Shown: positions 27,299 through 36,088, counted from the first letter of the stretch. The stretch is DNA of 63,726 nucleotides from a virus (IMGVR_UViG_3300025598_000038:1-63726); one strand, 5' to 3'. Notes: generated by a model not told the origin, from the sequence alone. Numbers and translations: made by a program.

Positions 27299-27586
27299 TT
27301 ATTGAATGCGTTCAACATTCTTCACATAAGCGCGCAAGAAAATGGGCGTGTTATTGCCAGCCCATGCGCCTGTCACGTTGAAGTCCATGAACTCGACCGC
27401 TTCCTCTTCCGACATTTGGTCACGATGCACCAAAATATCGACGCATTGGTCCCAGTCATAAATCGCGACGGCGCGATTGAACTGCGTGCCCATCCCGATC
27501 AGGGCCGCCTCGAACCCGTCGGCCAGCAGGACGTCCTCGAACATCTCCGCGACCTCATCGTCCTCGTAAACCACTTTTGTCGTCAC
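27299..27586 (-). CDS. Conserved acidic hypothetical phage protein
   Basis: ADGFEAALIG...YD...MSEEEAVEFMDFNV.GAW.G..TPIF family; GGAGG RBS. Confidence 0.8.
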   Translation of the reverse strand: MTTKVVYEDDEVAEMFEDVLLADGFEAALIGMGTQFNRAVAIYDWDQCVDILVHRDQMSEEEAVEFMDFNVTGAWAGNNTPIFLRAYVKNVERIQ

Positions 27587-27684
27587 CGCTCACCTCCATT
27601 GCCAACAAGCAACGCAATCAAAAACACGATCATCGCCCAGCAGTAATGCCCGTGGGCCAGCAGGACCGCGATCGCCAACACCAT
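27583..27684 (-). CDS. 33-aa hydrophobic mini-protein
   Basis: My translation MVLAIAVLLAHGHYCWAMIVFLIALLVGNGGER; fills the gap with a GTGA overlap. Confidence 0.4.
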   Translation of the reverse strand: MVLAIAVLLAHGHYCWAMIVFLIALLVGNGGER

Positions 27685-27686
27685 TG

Positions 27687-27989
27687 CTACAGCCATACTT
27701 TCTCCTCCATAGCCGCTCTAAACGCCTCAGAATCGGCCTGATGATGCTCTTCGAGCAACTTCCACTCCCGGTTGCGCTTGAACGACTGCGTCGAGCGGGA
27801 CCACGCCAAGTAAAAAACATTCTTGCGGGCAGGCGTCAGCAGCACCGCTTTGAGCGCGACCCATTCGGCCGTGGTCCACGCCGCGACCGTGCTCACGACC
27901 CACGGGCCATGCTCTGCCACGACCCGCTCATCCGGGCGCACCCGCACCCGGCGCCGTCCGGCCATCCTGAATTCACCTGTCTCCATCAC
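27687..27989 (-). CDS. Hypothetical protein
   Basis: 100 aa ORF with GGAGG RBS. Confidence 0.6.
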   Translation of the reverse strand: MMETGEFRMAGRRRVRVRPDERVVAEHGPWVVSTVAAWTTAEWVALKAVLLTPARKNVFYLAWSRSTQSFKRNREWKLLEEHHQADSEAFRAAMEEKVWL

Positions 27990-28086
27990 TCACCTCCAAC
28001 CTGCCTGCGTGCGGGGGCAGCGGAACTCGCGCAGCCCCGTGCGGAGCGATTCCGCGTTGCCCCGCGTCAATGCCCGCTTGCTGTTC

Positions 28087-28119
28087 AAAAAAAAAAACAG
28101 ACTGCAGATTCGCAGTCTG
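28087..28119 (-). terminator. Rho-independent terminator downstream of primase-helicase
   Basis: Minus strand CAGACTGC-GAATCT-GCAGTCTG followed by T11. Confidence 0.7.
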
Positions 28120-28174
28120 CAGGTGGTGGTTGCGGTAACGCACCCACCTTACCCCTCTACCGAGGGTAAGTGGT

Positions 28175-28354
28175 GTCTCCGCAAACTTTGCCGCAACGCA
28201 TACCGCATTGATTTCATTGGATTTTTCGACCCTGTCTCCGCGTCTCCGCAATACGTCTCCGCAAATGCTATACCGCAATGATTCTGTTGAAGTTTTTTGC
28301 GGAGACGCACTTTTTGCGGAGACGTCTCCGCATGCGTCTCCGCAATGTCTCCGC
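28175..28354. repeat. Iteron cluster (GTCTCCGC x9), probable phage replication origin
   Basis: Forward copies at 28175, 28234, 28242, 28255, 28324, 28336, 28347; reverse at 28299, 28316; 18-bp palindrome at 28315-28332; immediately downstream of the primase-helicase. Confidence 0.75.
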
Positions 28355-28358
28355 AACC

Positions 28359-30512
28359 TCACGACTCGTCTCCGGCGCGGTTTTCGCGCCAATCACGCAC
28401 CACCTGAACCGTGTTGTCGACGACCTTTAGGCCCTTCGCCTTGGTGTTTCTGTCCACCATCTCAAGCGCGATCTGGCCGCTGTGCAGCCAGTCCTCGAGC
28501 AGGGTCTGGGCCTTGTCGGCCGGGATGCCCATGGCGTGCATGTGCGTGATCGCGTACCGACCCTCGTTGCGACTGCGGGGATGTGGGCTCCACGGCTTCT
28601 TAGCCTCCCACGCCGCCTGCATGGCGCTCAGGACCTTCTGGACAGCCAACAGGTCCACCTCAGGCTCTGAGGCCGTCAGCGGGCTCCTGAAGGGCTCTAC
28701 GACAAGGGATTGCGTCCCTTTGAGATCGCCAAGGGCGATGGGGCGCAGGCTGTAGCCGATCGTCCAGCCGTCCGGGGCTGCCTTGATCTTGGCGGCCGTC
28801 AGCAGGCCCTCACTGGCGCCCGAGTCCTTGGTGACCGCCATGATGAAGTCTGCGGCACCGCTGAAGACGCTCGAGCCGCGCATGTTCTCGCCCGCCTTGC
28901 TCGAGTGGTGCACGCACAGGACCACGCAGCCGTAGGTCTGGCGCAGCAGGTCGAGGGCGCGCACCGTGACGTTGGCATCCTCCTGCTTATTCTCGTCGCC
29001 TGACATGGCGCGTGCGAGCGTATCGACGACGATGAGGGCTGGCGCGACGCTATGGCGGTCCACGACCGTCTGGACCGTCCTGAGCAGTTTCAGGACGTCG
29101 CCTTCGGCGTTCAGGTTGATCTGACTGTGCCCAAGGTAAAAAGGGGCGTCGTCTGCGCTCAGGTTATTCGCGATCTCGATCGCTCGAATGCGGTTCTTGA
29201 TGTCGCTGACGCCTTCACTGGAGAGATAGATCACGGGCGCCGGGCCTTCCGGCACGTGCAGGTTGCGGTCGAACCAGACCGCCTGCTTAAGCGCGATGGC
29301 CATGGACATGCCCATGGCGAGGAATGACTTGCCGGATCCCGGCGCCCCGGTGATGAATCCGACCGCCTGCGGTCCGATGATCATGCCCTCGACCAACCAC
29401 GTCGGGTCTGGAAGCGCTTTGATGCCGCGCACGTCGAGCAACTCGAACGTGTCAGGGGCGAAATCGCCCTGCTCTACGATGATCTCACCTGTCTCTGGAT
29501 CGATCCGAGGCGGGATGACAGGTTGTTCCTGCCCCGGTTGCTGTTTTGGGGAGGGTCTTGCTGCCTCCTGCGCTACCTTGTGGTCCCACTGGTTCAGCGC
29601 CGCGCGCCACTTCTGCTGCATCAGCGTATGCCCACGACCCTCGCGCTCGAGCAGGACGTGCTGCGGCGTGCCGGGCTCGTGGATGCGAGATTTGACGTTG
29701 CGCAGGTAGACCTCGTAGGTCTCCCGCATCAGGTTGTTGAGGGCTTCGGTCGAGGGCAAGAACGGGCACTCGCGGTGGAGGTCCAACATGCGGCCCCAAA
29801 CCAGCCGCGTCATGTAATCCTCGCGACCGTCGATGCGCGCGCCGAAGGCATCGAGTTCTTGGCCGACGCTGGGCGTTTTAACGGCCGCTGCGCCGTCGTG
29901 GTGTTGGGATGAGGGCTGAGGGCCGACCAGATGGTCGATCGCCGCACAGAGGGCCTCAGGCGCCTCCGGTATCTCTAGGGTCCACGGTTCGCGTCCTGCG
30001 TTCCACGCATACCGTCCGCCCGACTCGTGACGAGACGGGGGAACGACGGCGAAGCCGCCCTGTCCTCGAATGTCCACGCCGATTGGAGTCTTGGCGGTCG
30101 GTGGCGTCCACCCGGCAGGTGCCCTGAGAAAGACCTGCAAGCCGCCTCCGCCTGTCCGTTGAGTGGGCGCGATGATGGGGTCGTCACAAGTGACAGCCTG
30201 CCACCATTCGGCCGCTTCGGCGTAGCGCTGGATGTCGAGGTCCACGACAAACACGCCACTCGAGCAGGCGCCCGTGAGCACGCCGATGTTGTGGCCGTTG
30301 CGATGGCTGCCCGTGGGGCTGAACCAACGATCGAAAGTCTCTTGGGGGACGAGGGCGTTCTCGAACTCACGCCAACTGGACAGCATGGGTCGTTTCCAGT
30401 TGGGGCTGGACGCCGGATCATGGCCCGGCACAACCTGAAGGCCCAACGAACGAAGCATCTGTGCATGATCTGAGGTCGAGGCAAAATCCGGGTCAAAAGC
30501 AATTGACATCAT
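28359..30512 (-). CDS. Bifunctional primase-polymerase (Prim-Pol) fused to RepA-like/AAA_25 helicase
   Basis: NIGVLTG..VVDLD, TGGGG, DIRGQGGFAVVPPS.H (Prim-Pol); GAPGSGKS, LIVVDTLAR, VHHSSK, RGSS (RecA-family helicase). Confidence 0.9.
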   Translation of the reverse strand: MMSIAFDPDFASTSDHAQMLRSLGLQVVPGHDPASSPNWKRPMLSSWREFENALVPQETFDRWFSPTGSHRNGHNIGVLTGACSSGVFVVDLDIQRYAEAAEWWQAVTCDDPIIAPTQRTGGGGLQVFLRAPAGWTPPTAKTPIGVDIRGQGGFAVVPPSRHESGGRYAWNAGREPWTLEIPEAPEALCAAIDHLVGPQPSSQHHDGAAAVKTPSVGQELDAFGARIDGREDYMTRLVWGRMLDLHRECPFLPSTEALNNLMRETYEVYLRNVKSRIHEPGTPQHVLLEREGRGHTLMQQKWRAALNQWDHKVAQEAARPSPKQQPGQEQPVIPPRIDPETGEIIVEQGDFAPDTFELLDVRGIKALPDPTWLVEGMIIGPQAVGFITGAPGSGKSFLAMGMSMAIALKQAVWFDRNLHVPEGPAPVIYLSSEGVSDIKNRIRAIEIANNLSADDAPFYLGHSQINLNAEGDVLKLLRTVQTVVDRHSVAPALIVVDTLARAMSGDENKQEDANVTVRALDLLRQTYGCVVLCVHHSSKAGENMRGSSVFSGAADFIMAVTKDSGASEGLLTAAKIKAAPDGWTIGYSLRPIALGDLKGTQSLVVEPFRSPLTASEPEVDLLAVQKVLSAMQAAWEAKKPWSPHPRSRNEGRYAITHMHAMGIPADKAQTLLEDWLHSGQIALEMVDRNTKAKGLKVVDNTVQVVRDWRENRAGDES

Positions 30513-30604
30513 GGTACGCTCATGGGTGCATGGTCGATTAGGGGGCGGCAGACTTTGCGGGTCGCCGCCCCCACCTTATCCGCCTCTAGAGCGGCTTATG
30601 TCAA

Positions 30605-31051
30605 TCAGACCAGACCACGAAGCGCAGCGCGGACCGCCTCCATCTTGGCGGTGTCCTGCTCGACCAATTTCAGGGCCGTCTCGAGTTCGCAAAGGGCGTC
30701 CACGGCCGCCTGCAGTTTATTCATGGCCACCTTGAGGGGCGAAAGCGGGACTGCGGGCGCGCAGTCATTCGTGGGCACCAGCATGGCAGTGAAGTCGGCG
30801 GTTTCTTTCTTCATCGGTTCATCCTTTTGCTTCTTGATAGGTCGGTCGAATTCAACGCCGATCTTCCGCAGATCGGACTTAGCATTCATGATGGCTCTCG
30901 AGTCGCCAGAGCGGCGCAGCGTGACGATGCCGTGGCCGTCTTTGCCGTACACCACGTAGCCGAAACTTTTGTTCCGGTGCGGCTGCACTCGAAAGCCTTG
31001 GTCGGTGGCGATGTCCACCAACTCCTCGATGTCTCTCATCGCGTTGCTCAT
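30605..31051 (-). CDS. Protein with HicA-like N-terminal domain and C-terminal coiled coil
   Basis: ELVDIATDQGFRV...YVVYGKDG.GIVTL..SGDSRAIMNAKSDLRKIGV resembles the HicA dsRBD-like fold; GGAG RBS. Confidence 0.45.
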   Translation of the reverse strand: MSNAMRDIEELVDIATDQGFRVQPHRNKSFGYVVYGKDGHGIVTLRRSGDSRAIMNAKSDLRKIGVEFDRPIKKQKDEPMKKETADFTAMLVPTNDCAPAVPLSPLKVAMNKLQAAVDALCELETALKLVEQDTAKMEAVRAALRGLV

Positions 31052-31072
31052 GAATCATTCCTCCACTTTTGA

Positions 31073-31321
31073 TTAGTCAGCATTGGTTGCATCCTTCTTC
31101 TTGAGAACACCCGCGCGGATCTTGCGCGCGAACCATGAGGGCTCGAGCAAGCCCTCGTCATAGGCCATGATCAGAAGACCAGCGTATTGCGGCACGGCAA
31201 ACTCGCCGTTGCACCACGCGCGCGCCTGCCTGACGTTGACGCCACACATCCACGCGAGGTCCTGTTGGCGCAGGTTGTTGCGCGCCATGATCGACCTGAG
31301 TTTGTCTTTCTCGAACTTCAT
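31073..31321 (-). CDS. XRE-family HTH regulator
   Basis: LRSIMARNNLRQQDLAWMCGVNVRQARAWCNG...VP. Confidence 0.75.
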   Translation of the reverse strand: MKFEKDKLRSIMARNNLRQQDLAWMCGVNVRQARAWCNGEFAVPQYAGLLIMAYDEGLLEPSWFARKIRAGVLKKKDATNAD

Positions 31322-31437
31322 CAAAGCATCCTCATGACAACAACAAAAACACCCAGCATGAAGCCCATGCAGAAGGGCAGCATGTTGCGCTCGATGAACT
31401 CGTGCGCGCGTTCGTGAAACGGTTTCTTGATATTCAC
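31321..31437 (-). CDS. 38-aa membrane mini-protein
   Basis: My translation MNIKKPFHERAHEFIERNMLPFCMGFMLGVFVVVMRML; overlaps both neighbours. Confidence 0.45.
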   Translation of the reverse strand: MNIKKPFHERAHEFIERNMLPFCMGFMLGVFVVVMRML

Positions 31438-31640
31438 AGTCCGTACTCTCCTGAAAGAACTTTGCGGGCCGCATACGCGACCATGACGCCCTTAGCGTTA
31501 AGGCCGGGCGATGTTTCGATGTACTCCGCGCACGAGCGCAACACGCTGCGGAGCACTTCGATTTGGTTGGCCATGGTGAATGCGTGGTCCTCGAGCAGGT
31601 CCACGCGATTCGCCAGTTGGTACTCGTGCTCGAGGGCCAT
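31434..31640 (-). CDS. Hypothetical protein
   Basis: 68 aa; TAATG coupling to the upstream gene. Confidence 0.55.
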   Translation of the reverse strand: MALEHEYQLANRVDLLEDHAFTMANQIEVLRSVLRSCAEYIETSPGLNAKGVMVAYAARKVLSGEYGL

Positions 31641-31873
31641 TATTCGTGGTCCCAGTAAGCGCGATCGTTCGCGCGCTCGACGCGGCTCTCAATCTCTTCC
31701 TCAGTGATGCCGCCGCAGATCACGCACTCGCCGTTGATCATGATGTGGCGCGGCTTCGAGCCGTTCTTGCGCGAATTGCAATCGTTATGGTTCTTGGCGT
31801 CGATGATGTAGAAGTCGTCGAACGCCGAGGCGCTGTCGAGGTAGGCCGAAAGCAGGCGGTTGTCGTAGTCCAT
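31640..31873 (-). CDS. Hypothetical Cys/His-containing protein
   Basis: Start at MDYDNR with GGAG RBS; follows a promoter. Confidence 0.55.
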   Translation of the reverse strand: MDYDNRLLSAYLDSASAFDDFYIIDAKNHNDCNSRKNGSKPRHIMINGECVICGGITEEEIESRVERANDRAYWDHE

Positions 31874-31913
31874 GATCGCTCCAGTAGGTAGGTCAGAAAT
31901 GTCGGACAGGCGG

Positions 31914-31942
31914 AGTATGGGCTGATTCCGCCTGTCCGTCAA
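31914..31942 (-). promoter_or_regulatory. Sigma70-like promoter overlapped by a 12-bp inverted repeat
   Basis: TTGACG-17-CATACT; IR CGGACAGGCGGA (31903-31914) / TCCGCCTGTCCG (31927-31938). Confidence 0.6.
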
Positions 31943-31949
31943 TAAGCCC

Positions 31950-33416
31950 TTAGCGGGCCTCCTCGATCAAGTACAACTCCTGCTTCGCGCGGGTCGCAGC
32001 GACGTAGCAAAGGTTGGCCTCCTGCTCCTTCTGCCAGTCCTTGCGCGCCCACTTCGACGGGCACTGCGACGAGTTCAGCCAGTAAACCCGGTCGGCTTCC
32101 AGACCCTTGGCCTTGTGGATCGTCGCCAACGTCGTCACGCCGCGCTCCTGATCGAAGATGGTGTCGAGCAGGCGGAGCAGCGCCGGGACCGTGCGGTCGG
32201 TCTCAGGCAGGCTCTCGATGAGGCAGAGGATCGACTCAGCCTGATCTTGGATGGCGGCGATCTTGGCCTCGTTGCCGCGAGCCTTGGCCTTCTCGACCTC
32301 ACGTTCTTCCCACTTGCGCAATTTCTCGACGAGCGCGTCGATGCCCTTGGCGTTCATGCGGGTGATCAGGCGCTGCAGGCCCTCACCAATGGACTTGCCA
32401 AGGATCTTGCAGCCCTGACCGCTGCGGAGCATGCGGTACGCCAGAGCCACGAGGGGCTTGGTCGTGCGGCAGATGATCAGGTCGGTTGGGTCGAACATGG
32501 CACCGTTCCATTCGGTGCCGAGGTTGCCCACAACGCCTTCGGCGGCCGCCGGGGCGGACTCGATGTGCGACACCCATTGGCGGGCGAAGGCGACGACCGA
32601 CTTCGGGCAGCGGTACGACACGGTCAGCGGCAGGCGGATGGCGTTGAACTCTTCGGTGATCAGGTCGAGGCTGCGGCTGTCGGCGCCACGGAAGCCGTAG
32701 ATCGCTTGGCGCGGGTCGCCGACGGCGACGATGCGGGTGCCTGCGTGCGAGATTTTGCGGAGGATCGCACGTTGGATGGCGTTGGTGTCCTGCGCCTCGT
32801 CGACGAACACGAAGTCGAACTTCGGCAGGCTGATGCCTTCCAGAACGGAACGGTAGAGCAGGTCGGTGAAGTCGCACTCCGGCGATTCGTTCGACGCCTG
32901 CAGCAGGCGGCGGGCGAGGTGGATGGCGCGAGCCATGTCGCCCTCGACTTCAAGGTCATGGTGCTCAGCGATATCAAGCCAGACCTGCTCGCTGTCCTCG
33001 ACGAGGCAGCCGACACCGGCTTCGCGGGCCAACTTGACGAGTTCGTTGATGAACGCGCCGTAGGTGCGGACGTCGGCGTCGGTCAGGTTGTCGGCGATGA
33101 TGCGGCGCAACTTGTCCTTGTCGATGTTGTTGATGCCGCAGAAGCGGAGCACCGGGCTGAAGCACAGCGAGTGGAAGGTCTTGGCGTTGACGCCGCGACT
33201 GACCAACTCCGTCGCGATGGCCTTGCCGAAGGCCAAGAACACGGCGTTGCCCTTGATGCGGTTGAAGGCCTCGACGAGGGTTGTGGTCTTGCCGCTGCCT
33301 GCGACGGCTTCGACGACAGCGTTGCCGGTGCCGTTCTCGACGAAGTCGAAAATGGCCGACTGGTACGGGGACCACGAGCGGGTGGCGGCGGCGACGGCGT
33401 TGGTGACTGCGTTCAT
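31950..33416 (-). CDS. UvrD/Rep-like superfamily 1 helicase
   Basis: AVAGSGKT, VDEAQD, VGDPRQAIYGFRGA, SYRCP, TIHKAKGLE, YVAATRA motifs. Confidence 0.93.
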   Translation of the reverse strand: MNAVTNAVAAATRSWSPYQSAIFDFVENGTGNAVVEAVAGSGKTTTLVEAFNRIKGNAVFLAFGKAIATELVSRGVNAKTFHSLCFSPVLRFCGINNIDKDKLRRIIADNLTDADVRTYGAFINELVKLAREAGVGCLVEDSEQVWLDIAEHHDLEVEGDMARAIHLARRLLQASNESPECDFTDLLYRSVLEGISLPKFDFVFVDEAQDTNAIQRAILRKISHAGTRIVAVGDPRQAIYGFRGADSRSLDLITEEFNAIRLPLTVSYRCPKSVVAFARQWVSHIESAPAAAEGVVGNLGTEWNGAMFDPTDLIICRTTKPLVALAYRMLRSGQGCKILGKSIGEGLQRLITRMNAKGIDALVEKLRKWEEREVEKAKARGNEAKIAAIQDQAESILCLIESLPETDRTVPALLRLLDTIFDQERGVTTLATIHKAKGLEADRVYWLNSSQCPSKWARKDWQKEQEANLCYVAATRAKQELYLIEEAR

Positions 33417-33462
33417 GTTGAAAGATCTCCGATGTAGGTAGGTAGGTAACTCGACGGGGGTG

Positions 33463-33492
33463 ATTCTAAGACAGGCAGAAACACCCTGTCAA
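33463..33492 (-). promoter_or_regulatory. Strong sigma70-like promoter for the helicase
   Basis: TTGACA-18-TAGAAT; overlapping GACAGG...CCTGTC inverted repeat. Confidence 0.7.
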
Positions 33493-33544
33493 CACCCAAA
33501 GTAAAGGGGAGACGCCTACCAGAGACGGCTCCCCTTGGTTTTGT

Positions 33545-33958
33545 TTAGGGGCTCTCAGGTTCCATGTACATGTCCTCAAGGTACTCCGCCGGGTCGAGGA
33601 TGTCGGTGTCGGCCTGCTCCGGCGGGGTCCAGTCGGTGCCGTCCTGCAGGCAGGTGATCTGGCTCTGCAGTTCGTCGAGCCACGCACGGACCGACTCGCC
33701 GCGCTCCGACTCCTGCCACTTCTCCGTGGCCAAGTCGAACTCCTCCTCGTGGGCGCGGTGGATGTCCTCCAGAAAGCCCGCAGCCTCATCCTTGGCCTCG
33801 TCGAGGTCCGACAGCAGGCTCTGGACCTTGGCCGTGTGCATCTCGATCTCAGCGTTCATCTCCTCGATGGCGCGGATGAAAGCCCGGTACTTGGCGCGGA
33901 TCGTGTCCGTGTGCCCGTCGATGGTGACCTGCTCTGCGCGGGTAATGCGGTATGCCAT
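33545..33958 (-). CDS. Acidic coiled-coil hypothetical protein (in-frame upstream GTG at 34237 could extend it)
   Basis: MAYRITR start with AGGAG RBS; EKWQESERGE motif; frame is open upstream to 34318. Confidence 0.65.
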   Translation of the reverse strand: MAYRITRAEQVTIDGHTDTIRAKYRAFIRAIEEMNAEIEMHTAKVQSLLSDLDEAKDEAAGFLEDIHRAHEEEFDLATEKWQESERGESVRAWLDELQSQITCLQDGTDWTPPEQADTDILDPAEYLEDMYMEPESP

Positions 33959-34245
33959 GGTGATTCTCCTTACCAGTTGAAAATTTCGACGTCGACACCC
34001 ATGTGGGTGGAGGCTTTCATTGGAGGAGGCCTCCGCCGCACGCTTGGCGTCCTTGACCGACGCATACTCGCCGTGCAGGTCGAACATGAAGTACAGGCTG
34101 CTGCCGACGATGCGACCACTGAAAAGCCACGCGAAGACCGGCTCGATGCGAAACACGCCATCATCGCTGATCCACTCGCCGCGCTTAGAGGCGAGGTACT
34201 TGGCGGCTCTGGGCTTGACCCATTTGATCTTGGCCACGGGGCACC

Positions 34246-34587
34246 TCACTTGGACTTGCGGGCGGTGACGCGCACGGTGACGTAACCGGCGGTCGTCTTG
34301 GTGTTGTGGGTGAACCAACGGTTGTCGACGCCGAGGTCGCGCAACTTTGCCTCCATCGCCTTTGGGTCGTACGACTCCCGGGGGGCGACTTCCGACACGG
34401 TGGCACGATACGCGACGCCGTCGTAGGCGCCGACGCCTGCCTCCTTGATCAAGGTGAGCAGGCGCTCCTCCGACTCCTTGAGCGCCGCGATCTCAGCGCG
34501 GATGCGGCCCAGTTCGTCGACCGGGTTGGTGACTTCAAAAACGTCCTGCTCCGTGAGGCCGTGCAGGTAGGCGACTGATGCGTTCAT
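34246..34587 (-). CDS. Hypothetical protein
   Basis: VDELGRIRAEIAALK..E...G..YRATV family; GGAG RBS. Confidence 0.7.
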   Translation of the reverse strand: MNASVAYLHGLTEQDVFEVTNPVDELGRIRAEIAALKESEERLLTLIKEAGVGAYDGVAYRATVSEVAPRESYDPKAMEAKLRDLGVDNRWFTHNTKTTAGYVTVRVTARKSK

Positions 34588-34630
34588 TTGAGGCTCCGAA
34601 ATAGGTAGGTAGATAAAATCGACGAAGGAG

Positions 34631-34659
34631 ATGTTATCGGACATTTTGTCCTGATGCAA
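34631..34659 (-). promoter_or_regulatory. Sigma70-like promoter with operator GGACA-TTT-TGTCC in the spacer
   Basis: TTGCAT-17-TAACAT; palindrome at 34639-34651. Confidence 0.65.
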
Positions 34660-34840
34660 CACCTCCCTCGAAAATAATTTTGAGGGCGAGCATGACCGGC
34701 TTCGGCACCTCCTGCGTGCCGCTGACCCACCGCCTCACCGTGCGCTCTGAGACGCCCAGAGAAAGCGCCAGAGCGGCTTGTGTGATGCCAAGCCGGGTCA
34801 GTGCCGCCCGGATGAACTGAGCCTGCTGCGCGGGCGTCAT
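34634..34840 (-). CDS. XRE-family HTH regulator
   Basis: IRAALTRLGITQAALALSLGVSERTVRRWVSG..EVP. Confidence 0.85.
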   Translation of the reverse strand: MTPAQQAQFIRAALTRLGITQAALALSLGVSERTVRRWVSGTQEVPKPVMLALKIIFEGGVASGQNVR

Positions 34841-35076
34841 GTCAGCGGGTCCAAGTGGTGGAGGCCGCGCACGAGCAGTTCCTCGACGCCGAAGACGCCG
34901 TTGTTGCCGCACTCCTTGCACTTGGCGTTGTCGACGTCGGGCTCGATGCCGTGGTGCTCGTGACCGCAGCGGATGCAGAAGCCGACGCTGTCGTCGGCCA
35001 TCAGGTGGTCCATCAGGTCCGACTCCGACTGGAAGACGTAGCGCTTTTTAGTTTGCTTGCCGATCATCTCTTTCAT
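34837..35076 (-). CDS. Zinc-ribbon protein
   Basis: GFCIRCG...IEPD....CKECG..VFG. Confidence 0.75.
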   Translation of the reverse strand: MKEMIGKQTKKRYVFQSESDLMDHLMADDSVGFCIRCGHEHHGIEPDVDNAKCKECGNNGVFGVEELLVRGLHHLDPLT

Positions 35077-35351
35077 TTTTTTTCTCCCTTCGTGGTGATC
35101 CGAGTGGTTGACCAGACCCAGAAGCATGCGTTCCCAAAATAACCGCCCACAAGCGGCCCATCGTAATTACCGCTAGGCCCCGGCTTCCACCCCATCGCGT
35201 CGCAAAGCGCGAGGCACGCGGCCTGATGGTTTTCCTTGTTGTCGACCGCAAAGTCATACGGGACGTAAATCGTTTTGAGGTCGCACTTGGCCTGCATGCG
35301 CGCAGGCTTGAAGTTGGATGCGTCGATAAATTTTGTTTGTATTGCGAGCAT
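35073..35351 (-). CDS. Hypothetical early protein
   Basis: AIQTKF...ARMQA...NHQAA..L family of small phage early proteins. Confidence 0.65.
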   Translation of the reverse strand: MLAIQTKFIDASNFKPARMQAKCDLKTIYVPYDFAVDNKENHQAACLALCDAMGWKPGPSGNYDGPLVGGYFGNACFWVWSTTRITTKGEKK

Positions 35352-35352
35352 G

Positions 35353-35622
35353 TTAGATATTCACTGTTGGCCAATCGGTTTTGATCTTGTCGATGATGGC
35401 GATGAACGCCAGTCCCGCTTGGTTCACCCACTCAGCCGCGCTGTAGTGTTTGGTGTGGCGGATCATCACGACGTGATAGATGTTCACCTGCGTGATCGTG
35501 CCGTCGCGCTGAATCATGGGGCGGTCAAACACGAAATAGTGATATCCCTCGCCTCGCACGAGTTCCAGTGGGATCCCTGCCCGCGCAATGCGGGCGTTGA
35601 TCTTGGCAAGTGAAGTGCTCAT
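35353..35622 (-). CDS. Hypothetical early protein
   Basis: MSTSLAKIN...ELVRGEGYHYFVFD; AGGAG RBS. Confidence 0.65.
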   Translation of the reverse strand: MSTSLAKINARIARAGIPLELVRGEGYHYFVFDRPMIQRDGTITQVNIYHVVMIRHTKHYSAAEWVNQAGLAFIAIIDKIKTDWPTVNI

Positions 35623-35632
35623 GTGGTTCTCC

Positions 35633-36013
35633 TCAGAACGAAAAGTCGTGGTAGTGGGCGCGCTCGCCGATACGCAGGCCGCAGCCACGCGCAATCACCA
35701 AGCGGCCCTTGTCGTTGTAGCAGTGCTCGACCCACATGCCCTTACGGTCCTTCTTGAAGTAGGACTTGCGGCCACGCAGGTTGGTCGTGAACTGGTATTG
35801 CTGCGATTCGCTCATGCCGTTGCTGTCGACGCGCTTGACTTCGTCTTCGGTGACGACGAGCACGTTGCCACGGATCTCGACGATGGTGCCCGCAGCGCGG
35901 TCGGTCCACATCAGCAGGGTGACGCCCATGCCAACGACGGGGGTCGGCTCGCCGACGACCATGCGCGAGTAGAGGTGGTTCAGGACGCTGCCGGTTTCGG
36001 TTCCAAGTTTCAT
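35633..36013 (-). CDS. Hypothetical early protein
   Basis: P.VGMGVT...WTDR.A.TI...IGER.HYHDFSF family; GGAG RBS; first gene after the promoter. Confidence 0.75.
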   Translation of the reverse strand: MKLGTETGSVLNHLYSRMVVGEPTPVVGMGVTLLMWTDRAAGTIVEIRGNVLVVTEDEVKRVDSNGMSESQQYQFTTNLRGRKSYFKKDRKGMWVEHCYNDKGRLVIARGCGLRIGERAHYHDFSF

Positions 36014-36051
36014 GAGGCTCTCCAGATAGGTTGTTAATCGACCGAGAACGA

Positions 36052-36080
36052 AGATTAGGACGTTTCGTCCTAAGATGCAA
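36052..36080 (-). promoter_or_regulatory. Leftward early promoter with operator TTAGGACG-TTT-CGTCCTAA
   Basis: TTGCAT-17-TAATCT; palindrome at 36055-36073. Confidence 0.7.
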
Positions 36081-36088
36081 CAGGGGCA

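Noticed and set aside
27973-28392. 139-aa ORF over the iteron region
   Set aside because: Translation of the GTCTCCGC repeats, and it crosses a terminator.
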